This document shows positions 35,414-38,078 of a stretch of DNA of 38,078 bases, one piece after another. The stretch lies in the UHGV virus genome UHGV-1366664, one strand, 5' to 3'. This stretch comes from a virus. The translations under genes were made by a program, and so were the position numbers. Position 1 is the stretch's first letter. The number at the start of each line of letters is the position of its first letter. The notes under the pieces were generated by a model that searched no databases, was not told the DNA's origin, and saw nothing but the letters and a program-made list of their open reading frames with translations.

Positions 35414-36151
35414 TTAAATAGATTTTACGGGTTCACGATATAATGGTTCCATCAGCCTAATATGCCATGGCGCTGGCTTACTCCAACTGTAACATGGCAT
35501 ATCATGTCCATAGTTATCCTTATAAATTTGCTGAATGATTTTTAACTCGTCAGGGTGTGCTAAAGCTGTAACCACTCCATCATGCATCCAATAAACACAT
35601 CCTTTTCCTTTCACCGTAAACATACACTGCATAGTCTCTTCTCCTTCCTGATCTGTTGTTGTGCTTTGGTTTCCGTTCATAAGCTCCTTGATACGGTTAA
35701 TAAAATAGGCTTTTGTCTGCGCTGCGCCGCCGTGAATCTCAACTGATCTGTGCGGACAAGCGGTTGCAAACACCTCCTGATGCAGCATGATCGTGCTTGC
35801 ACTTGGTGTAATTCCATACTGCTTGCACTTCTGTGCTGCCAACTGTAATGCTTTTTCCTCATTCGCTTTAAATACATTCAGATCGCCCATACTCTGGCAG
35901 ACCTCTATACTCAAGAAATTGAGATTTCCGTTCAAGTATCCGCAGTGCCAAGCGCAATTTTCGTCATCTTCCGCCTGTAAGATTCCATCGCTGCACACAT
36001 AATAATGGGCAAATCCGTTTTCCAAGTTTGCATTTTGTAAATAATTCCGATAATACGCTGCAGTTGAATTCTGGCTGTCTGCACCATTGTGAATAAAAAT
36101 ACCGACAGGATTCATCCCTCTCCTGCCGGCAATTCCTCTACAGATACTCAT
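35414..36151 (-). CDS. Endolysin: N-acetylmuramoyl-L-alanine amidase (Amidase_2/PGRP fold) with C-terminal cell-wall-binding region
   Basis: GIFIHNGADS...HYYVC...CAWHCG...LSIEV...HQEVFATACPHRS match amidase_2 catalytic motifs. Lies directly after the holin. Confidence 0.85.
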   Translation of the reverse strand: MSICRGIAGRRGMNPVGIFIHNGADSQNSTAAYYRNYLQNANLENGFAHYYVCSDGILQAEDDENCAWHCGYLNGNLNFLSIEVCQSMGDLNVFKANEEKALQLAAQKCKQYGITPSASTIMLHQEVFATACPHRSVEIHGGAAQTKAYFINRIKELMNGNQSTTTDQEGEETMQCMFTVKGKGCVYWMHDGVVTALAHPDELKIIQQIYKDNYGHDMPCYSWSKPAPWHIRLMEPLYREPVKSI

Positions 36152-36237
36152 TATTTCTCTTCCTCCTGCTCTTCTGTCTCAAATACCTTTTCCAGTTCTT
36201 CTGCTGTTGTTCTTCCAAATTCGTTCTGTTCGCTCAT
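36151..36237 (-). CDS. 28-aa highly acidic peptide translationally coupled to the endolysin (speculative)
   Basis: Hand-translated: MSEQNEFGRTTAEELEKVFETEEQEEEK. RBS GGCAGGAGGTGAGATC-ATG. Its TAA overlaps the endolysin ATG (TAATG). Confidence 0.3.
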   Translation of the reverse strand: MSEQNEFGRTTAEELEKVFETEEQEEEK

Positions 36238-36302
36238 GATCTCACCTCCTGCCGTGCGACATCGCACAATAAAAGAGAGCCTGTTTCCAAGCTCTCCAGA
36301 AT

Positions 36303-36551
36303 CTATTTATATGTAAGTGCCCGTTCTGAATCTCCCGTCCCCGGCGTCGTTGGGTCTACCACTACACCAAGGATTGCCAGCACTGCAAAGAGCGCATTGA
36401 TTACGGTTAATAGCTTATCCCCAAGGTCTCCAAGGTCGATAGCAAGCCCAAACACTGCCGCGATAGCCTGTACCAACAGCAACAGTGCCGGAATCAGTGC
36501 CACCCAGAATGCCTTGTTTTTAATTCTTACAATCCAGTTAATTTTTTTCAT
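36303..36551 (-). CDS. Holin (phage_holin_4_1 / phi-LC3-type)
   Basis: 82 aa with two TM segments and the C-terminal VVDPTTPGTGDSERALTYK motif characteristic of this holin family. RBS AAAGGAGAAT. Confidence 0.8.
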   Translation of the reverse strand: MKKINWIVRIKNKAFWVALIPALLLLVQAIAAVFGLAIDLGDLGDKLLTVINALFAVLAILGVVVDPTTPGTGDSERALTYK

Positions 36552-36564
36552 GCTGCATTCTCCT

Positions 36565-36870
36565 TTATCCTTTTATTGGCAGTTCTTTTACTTCTGCTAA
36601 TAGTTGCGTTGCCATTCCATTCCCGCCGAGTTTATGGTATGCATCATACATTTCGATAAAATTCTCAATTCCATGCTTCGTAACATACCCTCTTTTTGTC
36701 CATTTTTCGTGGTACTCGATAAGTTGGACGCGCAAAAGTAGCATTGTCCCTGCACTATTTGCGTCCCTGTCCTTCTTCTGATTTTTGAGTAGCCACACAA
36801 TGTATCCCATAAATGCTGTGAGTACTATCGGCAACGCAAGTTTATAGGTTTCTGTCAATATTTCTGTCAT
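36565..36870 (-). CDS. Lysis-cassette membrane protein with single N-terminal TM helix (holin-like / holin partner)
   Basis: 101 aa. LALPIVLTAFMGYIVWLL TM segment then a soluble domain. First gene of the lysis cassette, RBS GGAGG. Confidence 0.45.
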   Translation of the reverse strand: MTEILTETYKLALPIVLTAFMGYIVWLLKNQKKDRDANSAGTMLLLRVQLIEYHEKWTKRGYVTKHGIENFIEMYDAYHKLGGNGMATQLLAEVKELPIKG

Positions 36871-36890
36871 GTCTTTCCTCCGGTTTTTAA

Positions 36891-36918
36891 AGTATAAAAA
36901 TAAGACCTGTGCGGTCTT
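36891..36918 (-). terminator. Intrinsic terminator after the tail-fibre gene
   Basis: Minus-strand AAGACC-GCACA-GGUCUU stem followed by AUUUUUAUAC, between the SGNH-domain gene stop (37004) and the lysis cassette. Confidence 0.5.
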
Positions 36919-37003
36919 GCTCTGATCTCCATATTCGCCACCTTTAAATTATGTCATTCTGGATTACATTGATTAGTGTCAAAGTTGCATGCTATAGTTA
37001 AAA

Positions 37004-38078
37004 TTATAAATATATCTGCCCGTATTCATTTATTTTATGTCCGATATAATTTCCCCATTTGATATTGCCTTGCGCATTAAAATGCGTTCCATCAACCGAG
37101 TAATCAGAGTATGTAGACAAATCTATGCCACTATTTGTTATTGCGTCAATTACTGGTACGCCATATCTTTTACCTAAAGTAAGCAAAAATTCCCTAAACT
37201 CCAACATGTCATCATTTTTTCTTGGCGGTGGTGTAACTAAAAATATAAACATATTAGGATTTTTGTACTTCAAATATTCAATGGCAAAAGCTAAATAAGA
37301 TGTGTGATTATCTGCGAATAATTTGTAATATTCATCTGCTGTGGATATTGTCACTTTATCTTTTTCGAATGGCAGATGACTCATATTTTGATTATATGTC
37401 AAACTTGGGAGTTTGGAAAAATCATCTCTCCAATTTGCGTTTATGCCGCCATTTGTACCAATCATAATGGTAACAAATGAGCAATTAGAATAATCATCGC
37501 ATAATGTAGGCTCGTTGTAATTGTGGTTTACACTGCCATATTTCCCATTAGTAATAATCCCAAGCATGTTTTTTGCACCATCCCCTGGATGACCATAATT
37601 GGTAATTTTTGCACCAGTCTTACTTTCTATATATTTGATAAAACCACCGCTATATCCATGAGTCATGCTATCGCCAAACGCAAAACCGATTTTGCCCTTA
37701 AACGCAAAACCTTTATTTGCTTTCAAATCCGCTAAATCTGTCTCTATTTTTTGTATTTTACTATCTGACTCATTAATCTCTCCTTTAGCAATATCAAAAA
37801 TATCAGTATTTAGTGTGGAGTATCGTAGTTCTTTTACGTCTTCCGGAACAATATATAAATAATCTTTAAATGTTCCTACACCTAACACTACTTCGAATTC
37901 CCCATTATTATGGACTGCTCCCAAAACTCTTGACAAATTACCGCCATTTCCGGTGATATAGTATATCTCCCCACTTTTACATTCGATTGACGCACCTCTA
38001 GCGTCATTATAACTTGCGAAAGAACCTGTTTGAGTTAGATACTTATTCTCGATATCCAATGTGCCGAGAATACTTTCG
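37004..38078 (-). CDS. SGNH/GDSL hydrolase-domain tail protein, C-terminal part (5' end runs off right edge; probably the C-terminus of the tail-fibre gene at 1..1721)
   Basis: Reading frame stays open upstream of the ORF-track TTG at 38059 to the window edge. GFAFGDSMTHGY (GDS block) and DGTHFN (catalytic Asp/His block) are typical of SGNH esterases. Confidence 0.65.
   Translation of the reverse strand, partial: ESILGTLDIENKYLTQTGSFASYNDARGASIECKSGEIYYITGNGGNLSRVLGAVHNNGEFEVVLGVGTFKDYLYIVPEDVKELRYSTLNTDIFDIAKGEINESDSKIQKIETDLADLKANKGFAFKGKIGFAFGDSMTHGYSGGFIKYIESKTGAKITNYGHPGDGAKNMLGIITNGKYGSVNHNYNEPTLCDDYSNCSFVTIMIGTNGGINANWRDDFSKLPSLTYNQNMSHLPFEKDKVTISTADEYYKLFADNHTSYLAFAIEYLKYKNPNMFIFLVTPPPRKNDDMLEFREFLLTLGKRYGVPVIDAITNSGIDLSTYSDYSVDGTHFNAQGNIKWGNYIGHKINEYGQIYL

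Noticed and set aside
36891-37003. Perfect TTGACA hexamer (complement 36977..36982) upstream of the lysis cassette as a possible promoter
   Set aside because: No acceptable -10 hexamer at 16-18 bp spacing, and an intrinsic terminator lies between it and the first lysis gene. Lysis genes are more likely read through from the late operon.
1-38078. CRISPR arrays, rRNA genes, IS elements or transposases
   Set aside because: No short direct repeats with unique spacers, no rRNA-like conserved blocks, and no transposase-like ORFs or terminal inverted repeats were found. The only mobile-element-type gene is the phage serine integrase.

Overview
The window reads as a near-complete temperate siphovirus genome of a Gram-positive (Firmicutes/Clostridia-like) host, with AGGAGG-type RBSs and SPP1/Sfi21-like gene families. 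Almost all genes are on the minus strand. Reading right to left: a lysis cassette (SGNH-domain tail protein C-terminus, two membrane/holin proteins, an Amidase_2 endolysin); an early region of small ORFs with an antirepressor, a Gp157-like gene, a Rad52-like annealing protein, RusA and a replisome organizer that contains origin iterons; an orphan beta-class DNA methyltransferase, a Lar-like protein, a DUF4317-like gene, DUF551 and ArpU; two tRNA-type genes; then a canonical packaging-head-tail module (TerS, TerL, portal, MuF-like, scaffold, MCP, collagen-like head fibre, four head-tail joining proteins, major tail, chaperones, tape measure, Dit, Tal, tail fibre). A small plus-strand lysogeny island at 29.8-35.0 kb carries an Abi-alpha(DUF4393)-like gene, an XRE repressor with a textbook sigma-70 promoter, a DUF4236 membrane protein and a large serine integrase followed by a 52-bp inverted-repeat attP candidate. 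Both window edges fall inside tail-fibre coding sequence, and the frames join across the ends, so the sequence looks like a circular phage genome linearised arbitrarily rather than an integrated prophage. The candidates for a hidden system are the lysogeny-island genes: the Abi-alpha-like moron with overlapping antisense small ORFs, and the DUF4236 membrane protein with a sunset-like C-terminus. A Lar/methyltransferase anti-restriction pair and a non-canonical tRNA-like gene are also worth a look. No CRISPR array, rRNA or transposase was seen.
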